The translations under genes and the position numbers were made by a program. Source: Tubiluchus corallicola (lineage: Eukaryota > Animalia > Priapulida). Taken from it: a stretch of 64,000 bases of DNA. Below the pieces are notes generated by a model. It was not told where the DNA came from. It searched no databases and saw only the letters and a list, made by a program, of their open reading frames with translations. Positions 39,303 to 51,856 of the stretch are shown in pieces. The stretch is taken from the NCBI GenBank assembly GCA_030141605.1, contig JAQGDQ010000063.1, positions 496,001-560,000 on the forward strand, read 5' to 3'. The stretch's first letter is position 1. The number at the start of each line of letters is the position of its first letter.

Positions 39303-39855
39303 ATTTATTACCAAGCAAACGGCTATTCTTTTTTCTTTTGCTCTTAAGTAGAAAATTTCTCTTATACATTACTATTTTATAATGTAGCTGACAGCATTAC
39401 AGACCACATTGAAGTAAGCAAATTTTGCAACTTTTTGAAGATGAAAGAGAATAAATTCACTTGTGAGAATGTTTAGCTTCTAGTTGAGGTGCCCCAAGTG
39501 TTACTAGATTCACCAGTGGTTGTTTGGAATTATACACGTGTTTAATATAATTTTAATAGTTCTTTTGTAATTATTAGGAACAAACTGTTGACTTCCGGGC
39601 ACTGTTATTCTGACTTCAATATGTAATACACTGCACATTTACAAATGTATACATTTTGAGAGATTAACATGCAGACTTATCACTTACAGTGACTGTTATA
39701 GATGCACAATGCTTAAACATGTTTTAAAAGTATGTTCTGAAATTCAGTATCTAATATTTGCCCAAAAAAAGAGTTGGCAGGTGTGGCAGATGGTTAATAT
39801 TTGCTAGAAGTTTGTCTTTATAAGCTTGATAATATTTGGAAAATTAATACAGCAA

Positions 39856-39882
39856 TTTTTTTTAGTTGAAGATGGTTTTATT
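39856..39882 (-). promoter_or_regulatory. RPS15 polyadenylation signal plus genomic A8 tract
   Basis: AATAAA (39882-39877), then 13 nt, then eight A (39863-39856) on the - strand. Confidence 0.75.
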
Positions 39883-39917
39883 CCCAACTAAAACCAGATG
39901 TTGATAACATTGCATTT

Positions 39918-40358
39918 TTATTTAAGTGGTATGAACCGTGACGAATGAGTCGCACCAATGCCTGGTCTGCCATGCTTTACAGGTTTATAAGTGATGCTAA
40001 ACTCTCCCAGATAATGTCCAATCATCTCTGGTTTGATTTCAACAGTGTTGAAGACTTTTCCCTGATAAACTCCCACCATACTACCAACCATTTCAGGTAC
40101 AACGATCATGTCTCTCAGATGCGTTTTAACTACTTCAGGTTTTTCAAGTGGCGGTGCCTCTTTCTTTGCCTTTCGCAGCTTTTTTATTAAGGCTAAAGGC
40201 TTCCGCTTCAGACCACGAGAAAATCTACGGCGAGCACGAGCATGAAACAGTTCCATTAACTGTTCACTAGACATGTCCAAAAGTTGATCTAAATCGACCC
40301 CTCTGTATGTGTACTTCCGGAATGTTCGTTTCTTTTTAGTTGGATCAGCTTCAGCCAT
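39918..40358 (-). CDS. RPS15: 40S ribosomal protein S15 (uS19), intronless intact ORF, probable retrocopy/retrogene
   Basis: 146 aa: [23 protein letters not shown]...[28 protein letters not shown]...[36 protein letters not shown]; no introns, stops or frameshifts. Confidence 0.96.
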   Translation of the reverse strand: MAEADPTKKKRTFRKYTYRGVDLDQLLDMSSEQLMELFHARARRRFSRGLKRKPLALIKKLRKAKKEAPPLEKPEVVKTHLRDMIVVPEMVGSMVGVYQGKVFNTVEIKPEMIGHYLGEFSITYKPVKHGRPGIGATHSSRFIPLK

Positions 40359-41589
40359 TTTGAGCAGCCTTAAAAGGTAAAAAACGTTCTAAAAATAATG
40401 ATAATAAAAAGTAAAAATTTATTAGTCACAAGCATTGTGCTGTATGTGTATGGGGAGGGGGGGGGGGTAAATGATATGGGTTACCACGACAAGTTTGAGG
40501 TTCTTTTGATATCAAATGCTAGTATGAAATTCCTACTGACTGTGCAACTATTACATTAATCATTAAATGTGCATCTGCTATGATGCTGCACATTATTAAT
40601 TAAAATGCTTGTTAGCCTCATTTTTAGGTGGCAAAGCTTTATTCGAAAGTTAATAAAATATAACTAAATTGAATGCCAGTAATATTTGCAACTTTATATA
40701 GTGATTATGTTTGTAATCACCTATCAAATTTGGTGCCACGAGTTATCAAATGCTGCATGTGGAACAAACTGCAACACCATCAAAATACACTAATTTAATC
40801 TATTAGTGTAAAGTAAAGTAATAAACATAAAAATGGATAACAAAAACAAAAATTCGCATGATTGTGTATAAATAATAACTATTACAGTTGCAATTTTATT
40901 TAATTTTCCTTAATTTTGTCTGTGGCCTACAGCAGATTTTTGTTTGATTTACTCTAGTTTCAGCTCGCTTTGGTTCAGGAATATCGACTGAAGGACACGA
41001 ATTACACTGGATACTGTTCAGAAATGAATTAATTATGGATTCTGCTTATTGGTAGCAACAAGTGACTATTAAAACATACACAATGTTTACAGACAATATG
41101 TAAGATAGTACATTGGTGATCATAAAGACTGGTACAACAAAAAACAAAAAAAGTAACAAAAGCTAAAATGGCATGATGGTGGTAAATGGTTACTATATTG
41201 CAATTTAGCTATTTAGTTTATATTAAAATTAGCTAAAGGAAATGACACTAGTGACAATGTTTTTTGCTTTGCTTCTTAGGCCTAAGACTGCTTGCCAAGT
41301 GATAGAGGTGTTGGTTGTCACCACAAATGTGGCAAGACTGAATGAATTCAGAACGAAACTCAAGTACGATTGCATTTAACACTTGACAGACTAAATGAAT
41401 TCAAATCTAAAAGCATGTACATTACCATGTCTATCACTTGATTATGTCTGGTCCAGTGCTGTTTACTCATATCTGACTGAACTTTTTACTCTGATTTTCA
41501 CATTTTACTTCCTATCTCGGGCTCTTAAACAATCCCAGCTTTTTTAACCATATCAAGATCTGAGCCCTTACCCCACACGTCTACCAAAA

Positions 41590-41720
41590 ATTAGACAGAC
41601 CAATGTTGAAACATTTTATTCACTTCACAATGGTGTTATACAAAAAGTTAAAATTGTACGTGACTTAGGAATTTATACACCTGATTCACTCATGTTTAAT
41701 GAACATATTTCACTGGGATA
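41590..41720 (+). mobile_element. Decayed CR1/L2-type RT remnant
   Basis: VRDLGIY.PDSLMFNEHIS motif (DLG.....L.F..HI). Confidence 0.5.
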
Positions 41721-42147
41721 CAATTGATCTGGTTAACATCTTCAATACTACAAATGGTCACATTTCAGTCTGGATTCAATGTCATGACAAAAAGTTGTCT
41801 GCATGTATGTAACAAAGTGAATGTGGGCAGAGTAGCAGGCTGCAGCAAGGCTGTTAACGCACAAAAGTGAAAAATTAATTACCTCACACCTACAGAGGCT
41901 ATACTGACATGCAAATTTGCCAGGTTAGCTAAATTTCCAATATGGGCAGCACTAACGGCATTGGAGACATTCACATTTGCTGCACACCTCCTCTCTATAT
42001 AGGCTAATGAAGTGTTGCCTCTTCCACAAATGCTTAGTAAATGTTTTAAATCATTCATCATTTCTTTGTACCATACTTCAGTTCACATTGTAATCATGAA
42101 ATATTACTAACACTCATTAAGACATCACTATTTTTAACTATCACTAG

Positions 42148-43404
42148 TGTAGGGCGCGGAGTAAGCAACTAGCCGAAGTAGGACACTTCTGCTAAAGTGC
42201 ATGTGCGAAATTTGTGGAAAACAGTGTCATACACGGGCAGCCCAAGTAGAGCGCTGGCGATTTCTGCAGAGAATCGAGAATTATGACATAATGAAACATA
42301 AAACTAAATTTGTTTTAGAAAAAAGTAACTTTATAATAATGATGGATAATCCTTGAGCATGCGAAGTATCCAATGCTTTATAGGAAGGTAGGATGATTTT
42401 TCATTTTATAAATAGTATACATTTTAACACAATTAATACTGCAAAAGTGTTTCTGATAAACAAATAATTGATTCAAATCTTAATTAACGGCGGGCGAGCC
42501 CAACTATTGCTGACATCACAAACAAACATAATTTTCAACAGCAAAATATTCTAGAAGCGTGTCGCACATGTTTGCGAAAGCGAAAATTGAAGTACAATGC
42601 TACTGTAAGATATTCAGTGTGTTGTATTAAAACTAGGCATGTTTTAAGATAAAAATTCAAATTTTAAATTTACCACATTCGTCAAACTAACACATCTGAA
42701 CTGAGAGGTATAACACCTGTTTTTGTGTAATGCATTTCCGAAATGCAGGCGCTGGTGCCCGTCTAACTAGCAAATGGCGAAATGCACGTAACAGCGAAGA
42801 ACTGCCGTCACGAATGTGAAAATCGTGTTATGTGGTAATAATTCTTTCACGTAAGTCATTTCTGAAAAAGTAGTATATTCCCTTTCAATATTTTAAAGAG
42901 TAGATTGTTTTGACCTACAATTTAACACTGGATCCGGTTTAGCTCTAAAGAGAGAAACTATGTAACATAGTTTGCCAGCCCGTTTAATTAATAGAAAACA
43001 ATTATTTGTCCAAGAGGTAGTGAAACGGATCACCTGTCTGTGAAGTGAGAGAAAATAAAAAATTATATACCTTAAGCAAATGTTGGAATCGCCTAAAAGT
43101 GGGTTTACTTTACTTCAAAAAGATTAATATCGAAGCCAAATTTAATAATGGTGTTCCACTAGCTCAGAATAAGATTCTCTTATTTTATCCGATGTCTAAT
43201 AAATTATTCAACGTGTATTAACATTTTCAATTATTATTATTAAATAAACAAGGACAATGGTCGCTGCCAGGACGGCTAACGACTCAATTCCTGACTTGTC
43301 TCTAATGTCCTACTTGGGCAGCCCATGTACGACGTGTCCTAGTTGTGCTGGCCCATGTGTGCCAATTGTCCTACTTCAGCTAGTATACTACTCCGCTCCC
43401 AACA
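42148..43404. mobile_element. TGT...ACA TIR element (Ginger-like), copy 2, interrupted by a Kolobok-like fragment
   Basis: 42148-42356 and about 42960-43404 align with 8062-8740; flanks actag/attag resemble a degenerate TSD. Confidence 0.7.
42400..42944. mobile_element. Kolobok-like dispersed element, copy B
   Basis: Homologous to 27160-27577 and 62150-62565; ends ggatccggtttagct. Confidence 0.65.
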
Positions 43405-43559
43405 ATTAGTATAAGATACATGTTATTAATATTTAAATACTTTTTACCACTAATTTTAAAATCTTGTAATTTTCTTTTGATGTAAACATAATAATTTAAC
43501 GGAATTAATCGAAAAAGTCGGCACGAAGTGAGACAGTATGTACTGTACAGTGTGTAACA

Positions 43560-43665
43560 TAAACTATTCTCATAAAGCCCAATAACCATGCCAAGTTTCA
43601 TCAAAATCCGAGATGGTCGGGTTTAGATGATCAAAAATTTTGGGTGAATTGACATGGAATGACCC
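43560..43665. mobile_element. Isolated terminus of a GGGTCATTCC-ended DNA transposon (Sola-like)
   Basis: ccaagtttcatcaaaatccg...gaattgacatggaatgaccc; terminal 10 bp nearly identical to ggaatgactc at 59179-59188. Confidence 0.45.
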
Positions 43666-43678
43666 TACACGGGAAATC

Positions 43679-44413
43679 GGCGCTATTACACTTTCGCACC
43701 GCCTAGCTTTTCCTGGCCTATTGGTTCTTTTCACGCCTGCAGGCCAGAAAGCAGACCAATAGACGTAATATACACCATATTCCCATAATATTATTGCTTC
43801 TTACGCATTATAAGTCCAGATTAAAATCATGCATTACTTACCTACAGCCGCCATTAAAAGCTGCACGTGAATAACCGTGTTTACATCACTGATGCGCAAT
43901 CGCTCTCGCGCAGTGACGTATATGGCCCTTAACCTGTATTTTTAGTTTCTTCGCATAATTTATGATTATTAGGGTTGCAGCCACGCGAGTTTGTATCGTA
44001 TCGCGGGAAATTATTTTAGACCACTGCAGTTATTTATCATTAATTTTATTTATTACTGTAGTATTATTACTATTAGATTATAAAAAAGTAAAGGTTTTTT
44101 CTTTATTTCGTAAATGCGGTGAAGATGAAAGTGTGTCACGTGCCTTTTAAGCTAGGCCCTGATAATGCATAAACTAGTACGAAATTTGTCACGTGACTAC
44201 ACACACAAACAAGATGGCGATACGCCCTGTATAGGCGTAGAACTGTGAATACAGCGTAATTATTGGTAATTATACCTAAATATATTATTAAATTACAATT
44301 AGATTAGCGGAAACATTCACTGATGACGTAAGAATAATAGAATGATGACTTACGAGCCTAAAAACGAGTAATAACCTATAAAAAGCTAGGCGGTGCGAAA
44401 GTGTAATAGCGCC
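43679..44413. mobile_element. Young 735-bp MITE with 33-bp perfect TIRs and 9-bp TSD (Merlin- or MULE-like)
   Basis: TIR ggcgctattacactttcgcaccgcctagctttt (43679-43711, reverse complement 44381-44413); TSD cgggaaatc at 43670-43678 and 44414-44422. Confidence 0.93.
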
Positions 44414-44958
44414 CGGGAAATCCAGTAAGCGCGAACATCAGACGTAGTATAATGTCTAGGCGCTGATATAGTTTATAAAAAGCTCATATTTACTACAGTT
44501 TAATAACTAGATTTACTAACAATGTTAAAAAGCTGCACGAAAAATTACCACACAACAAGCACGATTTAGCTCTCAGAGGAAAAAGAAAGTTACATGAAGT
44601 TGCGTTTTCCGTGCCTACATCGCGTCTTTTCGAGCTGCTTTATTTCCAATTTAGATTTTTGCTTTTAGTTTCTGTCCACGGGCCACTCACACAATCTCGG
44701 GTTTCTGATCATAATGGAATTAGGGATGAGCGTTCTCTACCAGAAATCGGAATCATTAGTGAGCGCAAATAATGTAAATAGTTCCAGACATAAACTTGAT
44801 ACAACTCAGTGTGAGCAACCTCCTATTTTAATACCAGTCGGTATAAATATTAGGAGAGTAAACCAACGAACAACTGGACAACGATGTGCTTTGGCTAGCT
44901 ACTCAGTGGATGAGGGAAATCAGGGTTTACTCATCACGAAGGTGAGTTATGAAGGTGA

Positions 44959-45030
44959 GAATTCGAATCGAATTTGTAACTTTCGAATTCGAATCAAACC
45001 GAATTTAAGTATTTCAAATTCGAATTTACT
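44959..45030. repeat. Cluster of TTCGAA palindromic motifs, likely a hAT-MITE subterminal repeat
   Basis: gaattcgaatcgaattt...ttcgaattcgaatc...ttcgaattt. Confidence 0.5.
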
Positions 45031-45209
45031 TTGAAAGATTTCCGAACCCTCAGTAAAAAGCATGTATGTATCAGTTTTTGATATGAATATGATATGAACG
45101 GGTAAAGAAGCAGTTGAAGTGTTCAAACGGCGCTGCTGGGCAAAGTAATTGTTAAACTCATTGCACTTGGAATTAGCATAATTTAATGGGAGGAATAAAA
45201 TAGTCACAC

Positions 45210-45740
45210 ATATTTTTGTAAAAACTTTTGGTAATTTCCCACCAGACTTTAGGGCATGTATCAGGGTTCAATAGCTTTTCATTCAGGTTGTCTGAATAGG
45301 CACGTTCGACTTTTTTAACAGCATTATTGTACTTACTTCTAATAGTAGTGTAGGGTTGCCACGAAGCGTTCGTCCTGTTTAATTTATAATTTTTGTGGGC
45401 CTTTTCTTTTTGTACTCTAAGCTTTCAAACATGACTATTCATCCAAGGCTTATCGTGTAAGTGTATTGTTACAATTTGATTAGGCATACAAGAATCAATC
45501 ATTTTCACTAGATTGTCAACAAATAATTGAAAAACAACATCAACAGATTCATTTGAAAACACAGCCTCCCAATTTGCAGCAGAGATTTGTTGACTTAATG
45601 CTGACCAATCCACCAAGTTATAATTATATACGTTTCTTTTGAAAGTATCACACACTGGAATTTTGACACAAGTTATCCCAAAAATGGAGTATGAGCGTAT
45701 GCAAAGTTTGTGGAAGCACACCATAGTTAGTAAATAAACT
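45210..45740 (-). mobile_element. CR1-group LINE ORF2 fragment (endonuclease-RT linker)
   Basis: YNYNLVDWSALSQQISAANWEAVF...MP...DKPWMNSHV*...PKVWWEITK. Confidence 0.75.
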
Positions 45741-47949
45741 AGGTGACTTTGTGATCGGTAATTAACTGGAACAATTGATTTTGTACAACGAAATTATTTA
45801 ACTTAGGGCCCTTTGGATTTTCATTTAGCTCTGACTGGCTATTTTCATATTTAAATACACCCTGTTTTATAATAAATTATTATTATTTACAGCAATGCAT
45901 TTTTATGAATCGGGGATACATGCTTTTCTACGAAATCAGAGCGATATCAGTACTAGGATAGTTGATCAAATTGGAAGTGGCGTAGTCGTACGAGAAACCC
46001 ACAATCTTCTTATCCAATAGAATAGAAGTTTACAACGATTCCGCCAGGCACAAATGGCCTGTTACAAGTTACTTTGGTTAAATTAATGCGTGATTGTACC
46101 AACATGGCGGGTGGGTATTTATGAAAAGCAAATTTTATGTTTTGATTGGGCGTTTACTTTTAGTCTATTTTGTTACCTTTACTGCATTGCAAGCCATATC
46201 ATATGTGTTTTAAGTTTGTTTCGATAATTTGCTTTTACTTTGTTCATGTTATATTCCATTTCTTTATCTGTCACACAAAGAGATGTGCTGATTGCGATTT
46301 GCTGATTCGAAACACGCGAACTTTTTGCTGATTAATTGTGTTCCTACCTTTTGCTGAGTTGCGGACCTGTATGTTTTAATGATAATAGAAATGCCGTATT
46401 CATGTGCTTTTATGATACGGTTAAGTTGATTTTAAATTTATATATATAGATTCTCTACTTGATTAAGATTCTAGTAGATTCTCTACTTGATGAAAATTAA
46501 TTAGTTCCGGACTGCTCTTTCCTCAAAAACTAGTCTCCAGTACATTGGGGCATGTCAGCAGAAACAGTTCAATTTCAATTCAGTCTTATTTCCACAAATA
46601 CATACATTGTAGTGTTGTACATTGGCAAAGCAATACACGTTAAATACTACCAAATCCGAAAAAAATTACAATAGGCTGTGTGTAAAGTTATATTCATATT
46701 TTCAGAGAAACAGGCTGTGGCCTATGCAAAAACGGGTTGACTATAAAGAGGCAACGTCGTGTTTATTATTCATTGATGAACTTAGATGTAAACAGATTAG
46801 CGAAACTAGTAGTAGTTGAGCAAGGAAAAAAAGCATAATTATAATCAGGCCACTTTATTTAGGTCTTTTGACCTAAATAGCTTATTTAGGTTGTTTTTCA
46901 GATTTTATTTAGGTCATTTTAGGTTTTTGTTAAATTCTGTCATTCATTACATTACTCTCGATATTTCCCACGTTCTTGGTAAAATTGCTTGCTTAACACT
47001 AAATGGTAGCCAGCAGCCAATAATCACTTATTTCCAAGAAAGTAATAATGATGATTAAAGTCATTGAACATTAAAAACATTCAGAAACACGTGGTACAAA
47101 ATTTAAAAAATAAGGAAAATAAAGTATTTTTATTAGGTCAAGTTTACTGGTATAAAACTAAAACTGTATATTACTATAAACTTGTAATGATGATTCTTCC
47201 TTCTGTTCATCTTAAATTATTTTATGTTGTTTTTTAATGGTATTGTGAAAGGTTTTACACAGAGGGGCCAAGGTTGTAGAAGTGCCCCTTATCTCTCCTC
47301 CAATTATCCTTGGGATCTGGGGGCACTTTTCTGTATTTAAGTCATTTTAGAGACTTAAAATGAGATCTAAATTTGGGTGTGGTGCTTTTTCAAGTGTCAA
47401 AAGCTGCTCAAATTTGATGTATAATATGCATGTTTTTAATAAAGTTCTTTACATACAGTAGTCGCCGCTTAATAGACTCACTTTGGGACCGACGTGTTTT
47501 GACCCTATTAACCAATGGGTGTAGTATTACTGCTATAGAAGTGAGTCATCAGTTTACTATGCACTGCAAAGGCTTTTAATCAATTTTTGAAACAAAGTAA
47601 TGCCTAAATTCCTTTGTGCAGTTAAAAATTAGAAAAAAAATATTTTAAAATATTGATTTATGTAAGTGAATTAACAATAAATTAAAAAGTATACTTTTCT
47701 AAATCGCACAAGTCTGTTTATTTGCAAAAATTACAAAAATTCCTTCAAAGTTGGCTGTTTCATTTTCTCGTGAAGAAGTTGGCTCACAAAGTTGGTGTAA
47801 TCATAAAAATATTGAAAATCTGTTGCTGTGTGATGCACATATTCTCGTTAAACATTTAGCGCTTGGCGTGCTTGAGCTGGAGTTGGTGTGTCCTTGTTTC
47901 CTTGCAAGTGGCCTCTTTAGGTTCTTCTTGACTCCTCCTTGCAATGGTG

Positions 47950-50900
47950 ATGATTAGTGGTCATCGTTTATTTGCGACGTGGCCTGAATGGCCAAATCAA
48001 TTTTCACCCAGGTCTCAAACTCGCTGCTGCTCATACCAGGTGGAGCAGATGGTAACAGGTTTATCTCTTGCAACGTAGTGGGAATTGAATCACAAGTGAA
48101 TCAGGCATGACTAAAACAGTTCTGAATCATCTGCTCACTTACATTGCTCCATGACATAGCCAGTAAAGGTAAAACATTTAGGAGGCTAGTTTTTTTGGCC
48201 AAGTCATTTGCACTTAAGAATGCGTTTGCGAGAAGACCATGCAAAATCGAAAAATTCCGGCACAAGGCTAGGTAACCGATTCGGACCAAAGTTCGGGTAT
48301 GAGGTCCACTAGTCACTAGCATTCACTATGTGAATCCGTTTGGTCCAACTCCTCATAGTAGCAGAGGTACGGCATAGGTCGATTTTCATGAAAAAATACC
48401 TATTTTTCTCTATTTTTTATTCATACTTGAAGGATTAGCCATGCAGCAACCACTGAGTTTGAATAGATCTGACTCTGCACAGTATTGGATCTTGTTATCT
48501 TCTCCAAAATGACATTTCGACTTTTGTCCCAAACCCCCCTCTTTCGGCTCTACTGGGGGTCTTTAAGCTCGCATTACGCACAAGATGCAAATACTCAGTC
48601 ATTTCAAAGTCTTATATCTCACCCACTGCGGAGGCGGGGACAAAAATATCGATGTGTATGTGAATAGAGTATTCCATCCCACTATGCTGTAGTGACAATT
48701 TCGATGGAGCGAATTTCCACCCTATTATAAATGACCTCTGAAATAGGGGCATATATCAGGGTGAAAATATAGGTAACAACCTTCATCAAAAAGCTTCGTG
48801 TAGATAAACATAAGTTGTCAAATCTTGCCAAAATACTTCAAAACGTCATAAATATTCATCTTTGGCAACTAGGGGCCTGGTCAGCACATTGGTTAAACTA
48901 CCGACAGGATTGGATTCCAGCATTCAAGATGGCGGCCACTGCTGAACTAAAATGTTCGTTTTCTGGGCTGTTTACCAGCGTTAAATGCTGTATTCTGACT
49001 AGTTATCCGCACGAAACGAATATTGTGAATCTATTAGCCTGTACTAAAGACACTGGACCGCATTTAGAGCGCTTCCATCTTCAAAAAAATGAAATATCTA
49101 CGGAATGGAAATTGCTTCTTGCAAGGACTGGAAAATGTTTTATGTACTGTTTATTTTCTATGCTTTGTAAATGTTATGTACAGGCTATTACCTAGTTATT
49201 ACTCATTGTCTTACATAGGCGTACAAGCCAGGACACAAAGAAAATTGCCCTAAATCTGAGCGAATGCCCCAAAATCGAAAATTTTTGTGCCATTGGCGCA
49301 ATCATTCAATCTCACTATTAATATTTTTTGTCAGAAGTATCGATTTTGTGCCACAAATAAATTTTGGGCGAAGAAAAATTTTCTGAGCTAAATATCACCG
49401 CAATACCCCTAGAAGCGGCCCATACGCTTATATTGTCTCATGTTTAGACTGTAAGATTTTCGCTTTATGATATATATATTCCCCATGATATATTTGTCTA
49501 TATTTCTGTATCTATCTTCTAGGGATAATCTACCTGCATCGATAATTCTTTCTCTTTTATTTAGATATTATGGTTTTGATTACTTGTACTACTCTTCAGT
49601 GATAGGATTATGTTGCTACAATAGGAACAGTATTTTGGACTTAGAGAAATTAATTCTGACTTGAGTTTTGTAGTTTTTCATTTTTGTACTGATATTCATA
49701 ATCTTCTATGTATAGCCATGAAGCTTATTCATATAAAAAGTATAAAAAATGAATGGATTTTATACCAAGTGTTGTCAGATTCTTTCGCTAGCAATGACTC
49801 TCAATCTTAACAATCGGTACTTCTTTTCTATTAGAGGGCTTATTGTTTAGTCTTATCCTGATATCCAATAGCGATTCAGTGTGTGGAGAATGCCTTGAAT
49901 CAAGGTCGGACTCAGTACCTGGGGCATGCATGATGTCCTGTCCAGAAATCCACCAGAAGAGGCAATTATTCATATTTGTAGTCATATGAAAATTCCGACA
50001 TAACTAAACCAATTTAAGATGAAATTCGCAAATTTCTAGCAATTTCCATGGCAAAGGAATCTATTGCTACTAGGAAATGAGAGCACTAGTCACAGAAAAT
50101 GCAGGTTAAACGTGGCTAGATGTCTACTGTCATATACGACCTGAGCCAAGTATGTCTACTTTTTACACATGGACGGAATTACTATGGAAAGCAAAAAAAG
50201 TGTGTTGCTAAGGCAGTTTTTTCTAACAGTGCCCCCTCTATATAATGTCATTCGTGATATTATCTCAGCTCGTGCGTTTTCATGAAATGTGGAATACAGA
50301 TTTGTCACTTATAATCCAGCATATAGATAGAAAAGATATTGAAAAACTACAAAAAAGGGGAATTTTGCTGATTTTTGTGAAATTTTAAAGTGCCAGTACT
50401 AAACACTGAAACAGGCTCCAGCGAATTTTCTTTTTTATATTATTAGTGAGGATGATGGTTAACACATACATGAAAATCAGAAGTTCTGTAGCCCCGCAGT
50501 GGGCGAGTTATGAGCCTTACAACTTAACCTCTCCCTGGACTTTTAACAAAAAGCCGAATTTGAAAAATGCCGTTCTCTGATACTATTAATAGTATGTCAG
50601 AAAAAGTTAGGATATCAGAAGACAATGTCTGGGTCTATGTACCAGCCAACTTACATCGACCCATCTATAATAGTTTATACAGGAGAAAAAGTTAAAATAA
50701 CCCCCCAAAATAGCGATTTTTTGCCTCTTTTGAGGTCAATTTCTTGATGTGGTCATTTCTCTGCCAATAGTAGCTCGATCGGTTTGATATCTTGGTTACA
50801 TGGTTTTAGGGGTTGCCCTTCATGTTAGAAAAAAATGATATAAATTCGTCACCTCTCATGTGCCACCCCCTGCATGGTGCTCTCGCGGACTCGTTCTTAA

Positions 50901-51856
50901 TTGTTCAGTGGCATCGTCTGAATCCATTGCTTCTAACACTCTCGCCCGCATTTCTCTTCTATAGTATGCCTTCCGTGTGCGAACAATGCCTTGATCACAG
51001 GGTTGATTAAGTGATGTGGTGTTTGCAGGCAAAAACACAACTTTAATGTGTTTCAGTGATGCGCTGACTACATGGGCAGTAGTCTACCAGTAAAATAATG
51101 TTTCACTTTAAGCTCACATCCCATTTCACTAACCATTCGTTAAACAATACAGCCGTCATCTAAGCATTCGAGTTTGCACAGTAATCTACCGGTAATGTTG
51201 CAACACCTTTAAAACACCCGGGATTCCACCAATCACCAGCAGTTTTTCCTTTTTTCCTGATATGCTTACACAGCATAGCACTGTCACACTTTTTTTTTGA
51301 AATCTTATACCCCTTTGCATTTTCGTTCCCAAATAAGTAGGTGTGCTCAGGCAAAGCTCTAAAATAAAGTCCAGTTTCATCCGTGTTGTAAATGTTGTCG
51401 GGTAAATACCCTGCAATAATTTTTGGCATTCTTCTATCCAATTTTCAGCAGCTAGAACATCAGCATCCTTTTCCTCACCATGGGTACATTTGTACACGAT
51501 GTTTTCATGCTTTCTCCATCACTGAAACCACCCATCTGTTGCGACAAACTCTTCTTTTCCCATTTTCTTTGCCAAATCTTCTGCTTTCTGTTGTATTAAA
51601 CGAGTGTTCCCTCAAGCATCTTTTTCTCTTGCATTTGTAAACCACACTTTTAACCTTGACTCCACTTCACAATCTTGTCCCGTGCGTCGCCTCTTAGATT
51701 CTCATTTTGGCTTGCTGACTGCTCAATTTCAGACCGTTTTTCAATATTCTGCTGCGAATATTTCGGAAATTTTCAACTTTACTGCTGCACACTTCTACCC
51801 CATCGTTGGAAGTTCAGTTTCTCCTTAACGGTTGGATCTTTACGCTTATGCTCCAT
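47950..51856 (-). pseudogene. Tigger/CENP-B-type DDE transposase pseudogene, split by the insertion at 48218-50896
   Basis: MEHKRKD.TVKEKL start; HGEEKDAD; IYNTDETGLYFRALP; FLPANTTSLNQPCDQGIVR; WSNVSEQMIQNCFSHA; many frameshifts. Confidence 0.88.
48218..50896. mobile_element. TTAA-flanked element with long degenerate TIRs (Sola3-like), inserted in the Tigger transposase
   Basis: TTAA at 48214-17 and 50897-900; termini gaatgcgtttgcgagaagaccatgca / rc gaacgagtccgcgagagcaccatgca; inner inverted match 48611-48631 versus 50494-50514; removal restores the Tigger frame ATEQL|SANDLAKK. Confidence 0.82.

Noticed and set aside
39945-40190. 81-aa ORF antisense to RPS15
   Set aside because: Shadow ORF of a conserved coding sequence with no independent signals
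44305-44360. Hammerhead-like CTGATGA followed by a cgtaag/cttacg stem
   Set aside because: No GAAA core after stem II, and stems I and III cannot be formed
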